DNA of 63,486 bases, counting the filler, from Octopus bimaculoides (taxonomy: Eukaryota): assembly GCF_001194135.2 (NCBI RefSeq). It is 4 parts of 4 records of this genome, joined end to end, with 100 filler letters (N's around TTAATTAATTAA, not from the genome) between each part and the next. Parts side by side here need not be neighbours in the genome. Positions count along the whole stretch, not along the records: positions 1 to 22,247 come from NC_068990.1; positions 22,348 to 49,771 come from NC_068985.1; 2 more parts are not named here. One strand, given 5' to 3'. Position 1 is the first letter of the stretch; every line of letters begins with the position of its first letter. Below are positions 13,036-23,739 of the stretch, in pieces. The notes below the pieces were generated by a model. It was given only the letters and a program-made list of their open reading frames with translations. It did no database searches and was not told the DNA's origin. The position numbers and the translations under genes were made by a program.

Positions 13036-13430
13036 CAAGTTAAAAATCGATTTCAAATTTTGGCACAAAGCCAGCAATTTTGAGGGAACGGTTAAGTCGA
13101 TTACATCGATCCCTGTACTCATCTAGTACTTATTTTATCTACTCAGAACACAAAGTCGGACAAAATGCTGCTAATCATTTTACCCAGTGCAGTAACTATT
13201 CTGCTAGCTTGTCGTCTTGAAGCAAGTTAAATAATGACTTGAAATTTTGGCAGAAAACAAGCAAGTTTGAGGCATTACATCGATCCCAGTGCACAACTAG
13301 TACTTATTTTATCGACTCCGAAGGATGAAACGTAAATTCAAGTTCGGCGGAGTTCTGCTCAGAACTTAAAATCGGACGAAATACCGCTAATTATTTTGTC
13401 CGGCGTGGTAAACATTCTGACGGCTCGCCG
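13036..13430 (-). mobile_element. Two tandem SINE family B copies
   Basis: tttggcacaaagccagcaatt...ttacatcgatccc...tacttattttatc occurs twice (about 13036-13220 and 13240-13430). Confidence 0.7.
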
Positions 13431-13480
13431 CAAGTTAAACACTGCAATGCACCAACTCCTGGTGGTACTTTAACGATTAT

Positions 13481-13670
13481 CTCTAACTTGTTTCAGTTAT
13501 TGCTATGCTGAGATATCGCCTTGAAAGGTTTTAGACGAAAACATCGCCCGCAGTACATTTTTTTGTAAACCTGGTAGTTATCCTGTCAATCCTCCTTTTG
13601 CCAAACACTAAGTTACGGGGACCTAAGCAAACCAAGACCGGTTGTCAAATGATGGTGGGAGACAAGCACA
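13481..13670 (-). mobile_element. SINE family A tail
   Basis: ctaacttgtttcagttattg...taagttacggggac...ggttgtcaa. Confidence 0.65.
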
Positions 13671-14039
13671 AGCGCAAAGACCAAGATACACACAACCACG
13701 TTTTCGCCTATGTATTTTTTTACTTATCTGAGTGAGGCTCACTATACATTAAGTATGTTAGCATCATAAAAACTGTTTGTCTTTCGTGTAAAAACCATTC
13801 CTGGTTATTGCAACCCCCTCCCCATCCCACGCACCACCTTCGCCCCTATTTATAAGTTGTATATCAGTTGTTTCATTCCAGTTCTTGAAAATTATTCTTC
13901 AGTTATCATAGGGATTGGCCACTTTTAGTAAGTCTATGCTTCGTTGAAGTCTAAGTGGCTGTATGTAAAGAAAATGTGTGTGTGTGTGTGTATGTGTGTG
14001 TATGTGTGTGCATGCGCGCGCGTGCGTATGTGTGTTTGT

Positions 14040-14290
14040 GTGTATGTGTGTGTTTGTCCCAACCACCACCACTACCGTTTGAAAACCGGTGTTGGTTTGT
14101 TTACGTCCCCGTAACTAGGCAGTTTAGTAAAAGATACCGATAGGAAAGTACCAGGCTTAAAAACCAATAAGTACTGGGATCGGTTCGTTCGAATAAAACC
14201 ATTCAAGACCTGTCCCCCAGCACACACACTCGCGCGCGCGCACGCTATGGCCGCCGTGCAATGACTAAAGCGAGGAAAAAATAAATAAAA
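14040..14290 (+). mobile_element. SINE family A tail following a TG array
   Basis: tttacgtccccgtaact...gataggaaagtaccaggctt...aatgactaaagc. Confidence 0.7.
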
Positions 14291-15170
14291 GATAATCTTC
14301 AATTAATTCAATTTTAATTTCGTAATTGTCACCCATGCTAACTTTTAGTTTTGTGCGGTTTTGGGGGCGAAACTAGAAATTAATCATTAAGGTAATATTT
14401 TTGCTCTCCTCACTACAATTATAATTGTTTATAATTAAATGCTTTGGTTCTTCACTAAATGAAACATTTTCGTACCCATGTGACTATTTGTTTATTTTTC
14501 TTCACACGGAAGAGGGTCTATGAATATTCCTTTTTCTGTCCCCCCCACACACTCACACCTCCAGTACCACCACCACCTCTACCACCATTACCTCCGCCAC
14601 CGCCACCACTACACATTCAGTGCATTAACGAGCTCGTTCTTCATGGATGTTTTTGTCAAGTCAACGCCATATCCCTTGAAGAAATATTAGATCAACACTG
14701 TATAAATATCTCAATAATCATATAGCTGTCACAGACACCATGTCGCTCTTTATCAAACCTAAAACCAATATTTACATAATTTTTTTCAGAAGAGAGCTTT
14801 CTTCAATGTGTGTAGAACGGTATGCTAAGTTTTCATTTCCTATTTCTATATTTCAGAAATAATTTTATGAAAGAAAACAAAAATGATGTATATAAATATT
14901 CTTCTTCAAATATTCTGTCTCTCGTAAATTGTTAATATTCACTGAATATCGTTTATCCAAGGAAATTTCAAATAACCAGTAACTGATTTCGGTAAAATAT
15001 TATTGTTGGCAGGAGATCAATGGCCTTATCATGACAAATTCAAATGTTAGAAATAACACTAAACTTACATAAGAGTCTAAAACAAAACAAACGTTACAGG
15101 AAATTTACCGCACTTCTATTAAAACTGTGTCGACCAGCAAAAATAGATCTGTACATACATATGAATATAT

Positions 15171-16946
15171 ATCTAATATATAAATCCTATTCTGTCTGTC
15201 TGTGCGCTTATAACTCGAGTATTGTTCATCCGATCGCGCTGAAAGTTTAAACATGGTTACATGAGAGAGCGGGGCGTTTCATAATCTAAAAAGATTTTCA
15301 AAATTGTCAGTTTCAAAGTAAGAATCGTTATTCTTGTAATCTTTTTGTCCTGTTTTTTCTCCCGCCATGCTGTTCATTAAGTTGCTCAGACAGCCGGCAC
15401 GTACCATTTCGCTGGCAACAAGGAGAGTGCAGGATGACAGTCAGCCAAAACCGTCGCTATGTTGTCTCTCTTCTTTCCTCTCTTTCTCTCCCTCTCTCTC
15501 AGGGCGGTTGTAGAGGTGATATCGTCAGACATTCAGTCCACCATTGAAAGCCACTAGGTGATTTTGGATAAAGAGCGCTGACCGGTGATTTGCTGGTATG
15601 GGGAACTATAATTAGTTTGAAACATTTTAATGTACTGTAAACTCCATGAATGCACGATTAAACTAATTCCGAGTGTCAGGTACATAGCTGGAAGCTGGAG
15701 AATAGAATTTCATAAGATTCAATGATGTAAAACTTCAAAATCTTTTTATTGGCAGTGTAAGGTTCCGCATTTATACTAAATGAGAAATGAAGCTTGATAG
15801 CGATAAACAATATTAGGTTGTTACTCTTGGTATTTATTTTCAGTCGCTTAGTAGAACTAGAAACCTTATATATATTTCCTTATATTTTTTTAATCCTAAC
15901 AATAATAATTTGTAAGGATTAATATAAATTACTATAACGTTTATATGCTTTTACAGCTGATTTTTAAGATACGACATTTTCCATATATATAAATGTATAT
16001 ATANNNNNNNNNNNNNNNNNNNNNNNNNNNNNNNNNNNNNNNNNNNNNNNNNNNNNNNNNNNNNNNNNNNNNNNNNNNNNNNNNNNNNNNNNNNNNNNNN
16101 NNNNNNNNNNNNNNNNNNNNNNNNNNNNNNNNNNNNNNNNNNNNNNNNNNNNNNNNNNNNNNNNNNNNNNNNNNNNNNNNNNNNNNNNNNNNNNNNNNNN
16201 NNNNNNNNNNNNNNNNNNNNNNNNNNNNNNNNNNNNNNNNNNNNNNNNNNNNNNNNNNNNNNNNNNNNNNNNNNNNNNNNNNNNNNNNNNNNNNNNNNNN
16301 NNNNNNNNNNNNNNNNNNNNNNNNNNNNNNNNNNNNNNNNNNNNNNNNNNNNNNNNNNNNNNNNNNNNNNNNNNNNNNNNNNNNNNNNNNNNNNNNNNNN
16401 NNNNNNNNNNNNNNNNNNNNNNNNNNNNNNNNNNNNNNNNNNNNNNNNNNNNNNNNNNNNNNNNNNNNNNNNNNNNNNNNNNNNNNNNNNNNNNNNNNNN
16501 NNNNNNNNNNNNNNNNNNNNNNNNNNNNNNNNNNNNNNNNNNNNNNNNNNNNNNNNNNNNNNNNNNNNNNNNNNNNNNNNNNNNNNNNNNNNNNNNNNNN
16601 NNNNNNNNNNNNTAAACAATTAACAGTTATTTGGCTTTTGTATTTGACGGCTGTTACTTTAAGTATTTTATTTCGATTTTCACTGACGTAGTGGTAAGAA
16701 CAACGGGATACGTAACAGTAGTTTAGAATAAAAATGAAAATGGAAGTTTTAATCATCCGATGGACAGGCAAACATTACAAAAATAGCGATTCTCACTTTG
16801 AAACTCACAATTTTGAATATCTTTTTAGATTATGAAACGCCCCGCTCTCTCATGTATCCATGTTTAAAATTTCAGCGCGATCGGATGAACAATACTTGAG
16901 TTATAAGAGCACAAAAAACAAACAGAACGGGATTTATATATTAGAT
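15171..16946. mobile_element. Non-autonomous foldback element with ~175-bp inverted arms
   Basis: 15171-15350 (atctaatatataaatcc...gatcgcgctgaaa...gagcggggcgtttcataatctaaaaag) is the reverse complement of about 16762-16946; the interior includes an N gap. Confidence 0.85.
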
Positions 16947-17139
16947 GAGCTCATGAGGAAGACCTCTACATGGTAGCTAGACCTGGTAGAAATAGCAGCC
17001 AAATCTCCCTCAAAACACTGTCACCATTTTATATTTTTTATTTCTTGCATGCACATTGTTTTTGATTTTGTCGACTACACAGTATAATAGGGTCAGTTAG
17101 ACACCGTCTGTGAGAAAAATAGCATGATAGCGCAGTTCA

Positions 17140-17520
17140 CTCTGCTAGAAATTTGGAAACGACATGTTGTACCGCTTGGCATTCGCGTCGGAAACTCCAA
17201 TACGGACATTTCAGAGTGTTTGGTGTCAACCTGAGGTTAGTACAGAGGATTCGGAAAGAGTTGGACGAGTCTAATGGTGACTATGAAGGTACAGCAGCTC
17301 GGAAAACTCACTCTGATCGTTCTAATAAGAAAATAACTCCTGAATTTGTTGGTGAGATCCAAGCCATGATCGACAACAATCCCTCCAAGTCAATCAGGTC
17401 CATCGCCAGGGACACTGGAGTGTATGGGTTTCTTATCAGGTAGGTAATGCATGGAGACATTTGGTATTCCTCATACAAGATGAGAAAGGGCCAATTTTTA
17501 TCCCAAGCTATCAAGGAAGA
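17140..17520 (+). mobile_element. N-terminal transposase fragment, Tc1/mariner superfamily (maT/DD37D-like)
   Basis: ...VNLRLVQRIRKELDES...TPEFVGEIQAMIDNNPSKSIRSIARDTGV...YKMRKGQFLSQ: paired HTH pattern; one internal stop; no TIR seen. Confidence 0.7.
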
Positions 17521-18199
17521 GAGGAATAAAGAAAAGAGAAAAAAGAGAGAGAAGAAAAAAGAACAAAAGAGAAAAAAAGAAAAAACAGGAAGAGAGGAAT
17601 AAAGCAAAGAAAGAAAAAAGAAAAAGAAAAACAAGGACAGAGATTATATGGGAAAGTGTACCAGTTAGTAGTCAGTCAAGATAATTTGAAAGTAGGAATG
17701 GGGTGATGAGGGTATAGAGAGAGAAAGGTATTAGAGTGTGAAAAGATAGAAGGAATGGGGGTGATAGAGAAAAAGTAAAGGAGCGTCAGTTATGTAGTGA
17801 TAGAGTCTAAGTGATGGAGAAGAGAGAGGGGGAGTAGTATGGAATGAAGGATTTAAGAATATTGATTAGGTGGTTGGACAGGTCAGTGTTTAGTAGAAGA
17901 AAACATATATGTGAAGATGTATTCATATGCATATATTATACATGTATATATATATATATTTATACAGATGTTTATACATATCAATATCTACATATCCAAC
18001 TCTACTCAAATGTACATGTACACATGCACACTCATATATACATGCATCTGTATGTATTATCACCCCTGTATATGCAGGTATATATACCTTGCATACATAC
18101 ATTCACACATACATATATACACACATACATACATACGCATACACACACATACATATGCACACACATATGTATGCACGTATATACACACGAATATAATTA

Positions 18200-19010
18200 G
18201 ATAGTTGTGATATTCGAGTATGAGTGAGGAATTAGATAGGAATTAGGAGTTAAAATGTAAATTTATAAGGTCATTAGGATTACCTAAGGTGTGTTGTGGA
18301 AATATACTGTATGGTCGTTTAGGCATTTGGATTTGTGGTAGAATTTGAATCTGAAAAAAGCGGTGGTTGCATGTGCTTAGTGGCTCATTATGTTTATTTA
18401 GTAGTGCTGGAGAGTTGTACCTTAATATGTGAAGTGCCTCCTTCAGGCAAGGTTTGCAGGTTGAGCGTTGACTTCGGTAGGGAAGCCCTAAGTCCAGTAT
18501 GGACCATGATAGAGTATAAGGTATATTTGTATTTTTGTTATGATGTATGTGGTTGGCGAGTGTTGTAGATTTACTATGTTTATCGTATCTAAAAGAATGG
18601 AGGTGAGCGACATATCGCTGCTTAAAATCTTTAGTTGATCCTATGTATATGGCTGTAGAGTTGTGTAATAGATTAAGGACAGTGCATTTGTAAATTACAT
18701 TATATCTTCTGCAATGGGTTTGCAACGGGAAGATGGTTCCAGGACGGCAATTACAATTGGATGAATTTTGGGGAATGTGTTCAAGAATAGAGGAGGTAAA
18801 ATCGTCAGAGGAGAGTTTAGAGAAGGGGGAAGAAGATTCGATATTATTAGTATTATTAACGTTATCATTACCATCATTGTTATTATTACTATTGTTGTTG
18901 TTAATTTACTATTTATAAGGGTGGTAGAGATTGTGGTGGTGTTCCGGGTAGTGTCAGTAGGATGGGTTGGGTTGTGATTGTGGTCCAATGTAAGGGTATC
19001 TGTGCTGGAG

Positions 19011-19054
<44 letters not shown>

Positions 19055-20930
19055 AGTGTTCGTATGACTAGAGTTGTAGTTATGTGAGTTTTGATAGTAA
19101 AGAGAAAGCTTTTGCTTATCAGAAGCTTCTATAATAGATTCGAAGTTGGGTGAGGTAGAATAAGATATTTTCAGGGTGGATCGATTAAAGATAGAATGAT
19201 ATTTATGTTGCCGAGGGAAGTTAGAATCTAGTATTTTAAGGAAGGATTTAGCTAAGTTCTTAACGTTAAGTGAGAATGGGGATGTCCACCGCTTTTTTAG
19301 GGGGTCTGGGAATAGTGCTATCTAAGTTTTTAGATAAAGGAGTGCTATCTATATTTTTGGAGAATGTATGTGGGTGGTGAGACCTGTTGTTGCTAGCTGT
19401 TTTAGTTGTTTTCGTTTTTGACCTCGTGTTAAATGAATGTGTGGGGAGTCTAGGTTGCCTAGGTATAAGACTTTCCAGGGTTCCATCGACGAGTGTATGT
19501 GGTTGGTTGCGATTGTGATGGTTGGTGCATGTTTGAGATGTGATTTGAGATATGTATTGTTTGAGCCTGGTGTTATGGATGTATTCTATTTGTTGGGAAA
19601 AGCCGCTAGCGGTGAGTGATTGATTAGAATATGGTGCGTGATTATTGAAAATTTCCTCAGTGGACGAGAGGTCGGATATTCGGGTTGAGATGCCCTTAAT
19701 TATGTTATCGTAAGTGGATTTGTGGTGATTGGAGTGGATGTTAAGGTATTTAAGATATTGGTTAGGTTTGCGGAAAGGGGAATATTGGGAGGTTGATAAG
19801 TTTAAAGTTGCGTCAAGAAAGTTAGCAGTTTTGTAAGCGTTTTCTAATGTGATAAATAGGTTTAGGTTAGAGAAGAATTTATTTAAATCCTTTCTAGTTC
19901 TTTCTAAGGATTTATTTATGCTTTTGGTAACTAATAAAGCGTCGTCCCTGTATAGGCCTCCCTTTGAATTTAGATAAATGTAGATGGAGCTGATGTAGTA
20001 TATATAGTCTAAGTCAGTGACCTGAGTCGAATAGGTTGCTATGGTTACTGCTATAGTTACTGCTATGGTTATTGGTCCGGAGCCAGAGTTTGCTTTCGAA
20101 AGAAATAAGGGTTTTGCGGGTATTATGTATTATGTTAATTTCTAGTGGGGTTAGGTTAGTAAGGTTCCAAGAAGAGCTTGATTAAGAAGTTTAGGGGATA
20201 TAGAAGAGTAGTAATTATTTATGTCGAATTGTAGGAAGGAATATGAGTTTTTGGTTTTAGAAGGTGGAACCATGTAACCATGTAATAACTTCACCAGTAT
20301 GGGACCATTGGTTAAAGTTTAATTTGTCCCTGACAATTGGTATTATTTTGTCCAAAATGTCTTTGCTTACCTTTCCTAGGTCGGATTTGGTGGGGCATAT
20401 TAGGCGTATTGAAGGTTTGGTAATAAAGTCCTTCTTGTGATCCTTGAGGTTAAAGTGTGGAGATGCAGGGCAGTATGGTTCGGTTCGGTCATCCACTTGC
20501 AATTTCCTCATAAGTTTGTAGTGATTGGTGTTGATTTCATTTACAGCAGATGTTGGTGCCAGCTTGTAGGATTTGTTGAGTTCTTTCTTTATGAATTTAT
20601 TGTATTCCTCAATGGTAATAGGGTACATATTTCCTGTTTTATCCGAGAAGACATGTAATTTGGGGGATGCAATGATCCGTTTTATGGTATTTGAGAGCAT
20701 TTTTTGAAAGGGGGATTTATATTTAGAGAATTTAATGTTTCTAATTAAATTAATCATATCCGCTTCAAATTTTTCGAGATGAGGGTTGTGTGGAGGGTTC
20801 TTATATGATTTGAGGTTGTAGCTGTTGGTATTATTGTCAGGGTGTGCATGTGTACATGTACATATGAGTACGAGTTGTATATGTAGATATAGATATGTAT
20901 AAACATCTGTATAAATATACATATACATGT
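18200..20930 (-). mobile_element. Degenerate Naiad-type Penelope-like element (RT + zinc knuckle + C-terminal GIY-YIG endonuclease)
   Basis: Minus-strand motifs: LKS..PP..L..FE.DM, SDKTGN, LKDHK..F...P.IRLI.P.KSDLGKVSK, NQW; FLQFDINNYYSSI; GLYRDD (YRDD at 19941-19952); NFLDATL...Y.PFRKPN...HSNH; FNRSTLKISYS; CNCR...F.L..HC; NVIYKC...IYIGST..FKQRY..H; CKPCLKE; LNKHNE..STCNH. Several frameshifts and stops. Confidence 0.92.
19016..19051. repeat. (TG)n microsatellite inside the PLE RT-endonuclease linker
   Basis: Direct reading. Confidence 0.95.
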
Positions 20931-21543
20931 CTAATGGATCTTTTCACTTTCATCAGCAGATCGAGAAATTAATTTTTTGTAACTAAACACTTTCAAACTT
21001 CGGACTCTGGTAGAATGTGTCATATAAAACATCTTTTACTCTTAGCGTTGTTGAGAAAAGTTTCTATTTACGAAGTGATTTCGTGTTAAAGTTGTATTTC
21101 GGTAATTTCAACCGATCAAGGGCGTGTATTCAGCTGAATAAAATTACTGTTGTTGTTTGTCAACAACAACGCCTGGCGGTGTATATTTCGTTTGTCACTG
21201 TTATTTATGATATATTTCATCTCAGTTACGTTCGTATGAATAAACGAGTGTATCTGAAGCACGTTTACTTCATGACACCACCATAATCGTTCGTGCATTT
21301 CTACTGCTTTTTAGGGTTTTTTTCCTGCTTTCCGGCTACTATTTTCGGAAAGACTTCCTCCCGCTCCCCCACCCAATTTTCTCGCAAATTATTGGGTTTT
21401 TTTAATTATTCTTTTTTTTTTGCCACAAACCCAGCTTTTCGGATACAGAGATTCCGGAAAATTGCCAAAAGTTGGAATTTTGAAATTTTTTGGCCACCTT
21501 ACCCCTTCCCCCCACCAATTTCTTCATTTTTCATTTTTTTCCG

Positions 21544-21720
21544 TAACCCTAAACCTAACCCCAACCCTAACCGTAACCCTAACCCTAAAACCCCAACCCT
21601 AACATCAACCCTAACCCTAAAACCCTAAACCTAACCCTAAAACACTAACCCTAGCCCTAAAACCATAACCCTAAAACTCTAAAACCCTAACCCTAACCTT
21701 AAAGCCCTAAAGCTAAAACC
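21544..21720. repeat. Degenerate interstitial telomere-like (CCCTAA)n array
   Basis: Mixed CCCTAA, CCCTAAA and CCCTAAAA units; TTAGGG on the minus strand. Confidence 0.9.
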
Positions 21721-21880
21721 AGTACAAATGATGTCATAAAGGTATAATACAATATACGTGAATATCATTTCATAGAAGTTAAAAAAGCTAAAATTAATAC
21801 GAATAAAAATTAATACGGAAGGAGTAAAAATTTCAAATATATAATATAACATAATATAATATAAGTTGATGTAGTAAAAT

Positions 21881-22247
21881 AAATGAAGTATTAACAGTAA
21901 CTGCACGATAAAGTGTAGTATATTGCCACTTAAGTGTGGCTGACCCCTAGGGGTGGATGTTACTGTTGCTTTTAGCCCCAGGAGGACATCTCCTCCAGCT
22001 GGCTTATCGACACACGACTGTGTCCTGTTTGCCAAGGGAGTTATCCCTCTCACCTCGACCAGCAGCACGAACGTATCCGGATTTCAGGGTTATTTCCCTT
22101 CGTCGGCGTTCGACAGCTGATGACCTTGGTGAGAGAGACAAAAACCTGGCAAACCTTATATCTTCTTTTCCAGTGAAATTCTTCACTGATATTGAAAAGG
22201 TGAAAACAAGCAATGTTAATTCTCTAAATGAAGTATTAACAGTAACT
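21881..22247 (-). mobile_element. ~345-bp hammerhead-bearing repeat unit (pLTR or retrozyme-like), partial tandem at a contig end
   Basis: aaatgaagtattaacagtaact at 21881-21902 recurs at 22226-22247 immediately before a gap; near-identical copy at 2307-2424. Confidence 0.8.
22068..22112 (-). ncRNA. Type I hammerhead ribozyme with U4C core variant
   Basis: Minus strand CGAACG-CCGACGA-AGGGaaataaCCCT-GAA-ATCCGGAT-A-CGTTCG: perfect 6-bp helix I, 4-bp helix II, palindromic helix III, AUA triplet. Confidence 0.8.
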
Positions 22248-22347
22248 NNNNNNNNNNNNNNNNNNNNNNNNNNNNNNNNNNNNNNNNNNNNTTAATTAAT
22301 TAANNNNNNNNNNNNNNNNNNNNNNNNNNNNNNNNNNNNNNNNNNNN
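22248..22347. other. Artificial scaffold linker (44 N + TTAATTAATTAA + 44 N)
   Basis: Identical 100-nt construct at 49772-49871 and 56625-56724; the 12-mer has stops in all six frames. Confidence 0.95.

Positions 22348-22417
<70 letters not shown>
22348..22417. repeat. (TAA)n microsatellite
   Basis: Direct reading. Confidence 0.98.
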
Positions 22418-22418
<1 letters not shown>

Positions 22419-23096
22419 CAGAAATACTTTGAAAATATTAAAGTGAAGCACTGTTTCAATGTTCTGTTGTCATATTTGGGCTTTTTTTTTTTTTACATTT
22501 TCAAACCAGCAGTCTCAGCACAAAAGTTCTTACTGGAGCAATTTTGATAAAATATACTTTTGTAGTTTATAAAAATGAGAAAAACTTGACATCTTTCAAG
22601 TTCAGCTGAGCAGAACATTACAGTTTTACAAAACATCTGTAAAAAAAAACACAAAATTGACTAACTTCCATTATAATTCTCATTTGAATATGCTGTAGTT
22701 TAAGGAATGGAGGGACAGTCACCACTGGCACACATACACCTTACTATAAATTGTCCATGGAATGGCTGGAACAAACCATGAGGTGGCCATCTTATAATAA
22801 AGCAGAACTGGTTACTGTCTTTTGACAGACATAAACTTTATGCAAGTAATGTTTCTCACTCGAAATAATATGTGTTCATGAGGGTGTGTGCATATAATAG
22901 ATGTGTCTGTATACATGCATACAGGCACACACACACATATGTATGTGTATGTGTGTATATATATATGTATGTGTGTGTGTGTGTGTGTGTGTATAAATTA
23001 TTATTTATATAGAGAGGGTGATAAATTGAATATTAATTCAATTTAAAACCAAGTGGCCTAGCATATAAAATAATGTGAAAATTCAGAAAAAATTGT

Positions 23097-23310
23097 ATTA
23101 CACGTGTATAAGGGATGACCACTAGGTGGACATCCAATATGCTAGGAAGAGGTCATCAACGACCAAACCACAAAGAAAAATAATGTTCTCCAGAAATGTT
23201 TGCAAAGTTTTTTCTGGAGAACATTATTTTTCTTTGAGGTTTGGTCGTTGATGACCTCTTTCTAGCATATTGGATGTCCACCTAGTGATCATCCCTTATA
23301 CACATGTAAT
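23097..23310. repeat. Near-perfect 100-bp-arm inverted repeat
   Basis: Arms 23097-23196 and 23211-23310, 14-nt loop, 4 mismatches counted. Confidence 0.95.
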
Positions 23311-23739
23311 ATATATATNNNNNNNNNNNNNNNNNNNNNNNNNNNNNNNNNNNNNNNNNNNNNNNNNNNNNNNNNNNNNNNNNNNNNNNNNNNNNNNNNN
23401 NNNNNNNNNNNNNNNNNNNNNNNNNNNNNNNNNNNNNNNNNNNNNNNNNNNNNNNNNNNNNNNNNNNNNNNNNNNNNNNNNNNNNNNNNNNNNNNNNNNN
23501 NNNNNNNNNNNNNNNNNNNNNNNNNNNTATATATATATTGATCAAAGTATAGAGTATTATAGATCCATTTCTGCCAATCTTACCAATTGGTCTTTGCACT
23601 GAGCATTAGTTAATTAGATATAAGAAAACAGGGCAATTAGCTAAAACGACATGATCTTCAGAGATGGTAGGTATGGAAAAAAATATGGAGACTGCTATCT
23701 GCTATTGGAGGTGAAAAGTGTCACATCCAGTTTGTGGAT

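Noticed and set aside
14560-14625. Poly-proline ORF 14459-14725
   Set aside because: Derives from a degenerate (CCA)n tract; no convincing splice sites or domain.
18243-18760. Selenoprotein-type Naiad
   Set aside because: No in-frame TGA at the conserved Cys positions. The TGAs in the 23.8-kb fragment are not at conserved Cys and fit CGA-to-TGA decay.
20930-20965. Minus-strand CTGATGA-aagt-GAAA just upstream of the Naiad ORF
   Set aside because: The core is present, but the sequence after the putative NUH does not pair with helix I; it folds as a simple GATCT/AGATC hairpin.
21544-21720. True chromosome end
   Set aside because: The array is short, degenerate and flanked by non-telomeric sequence on both sides.
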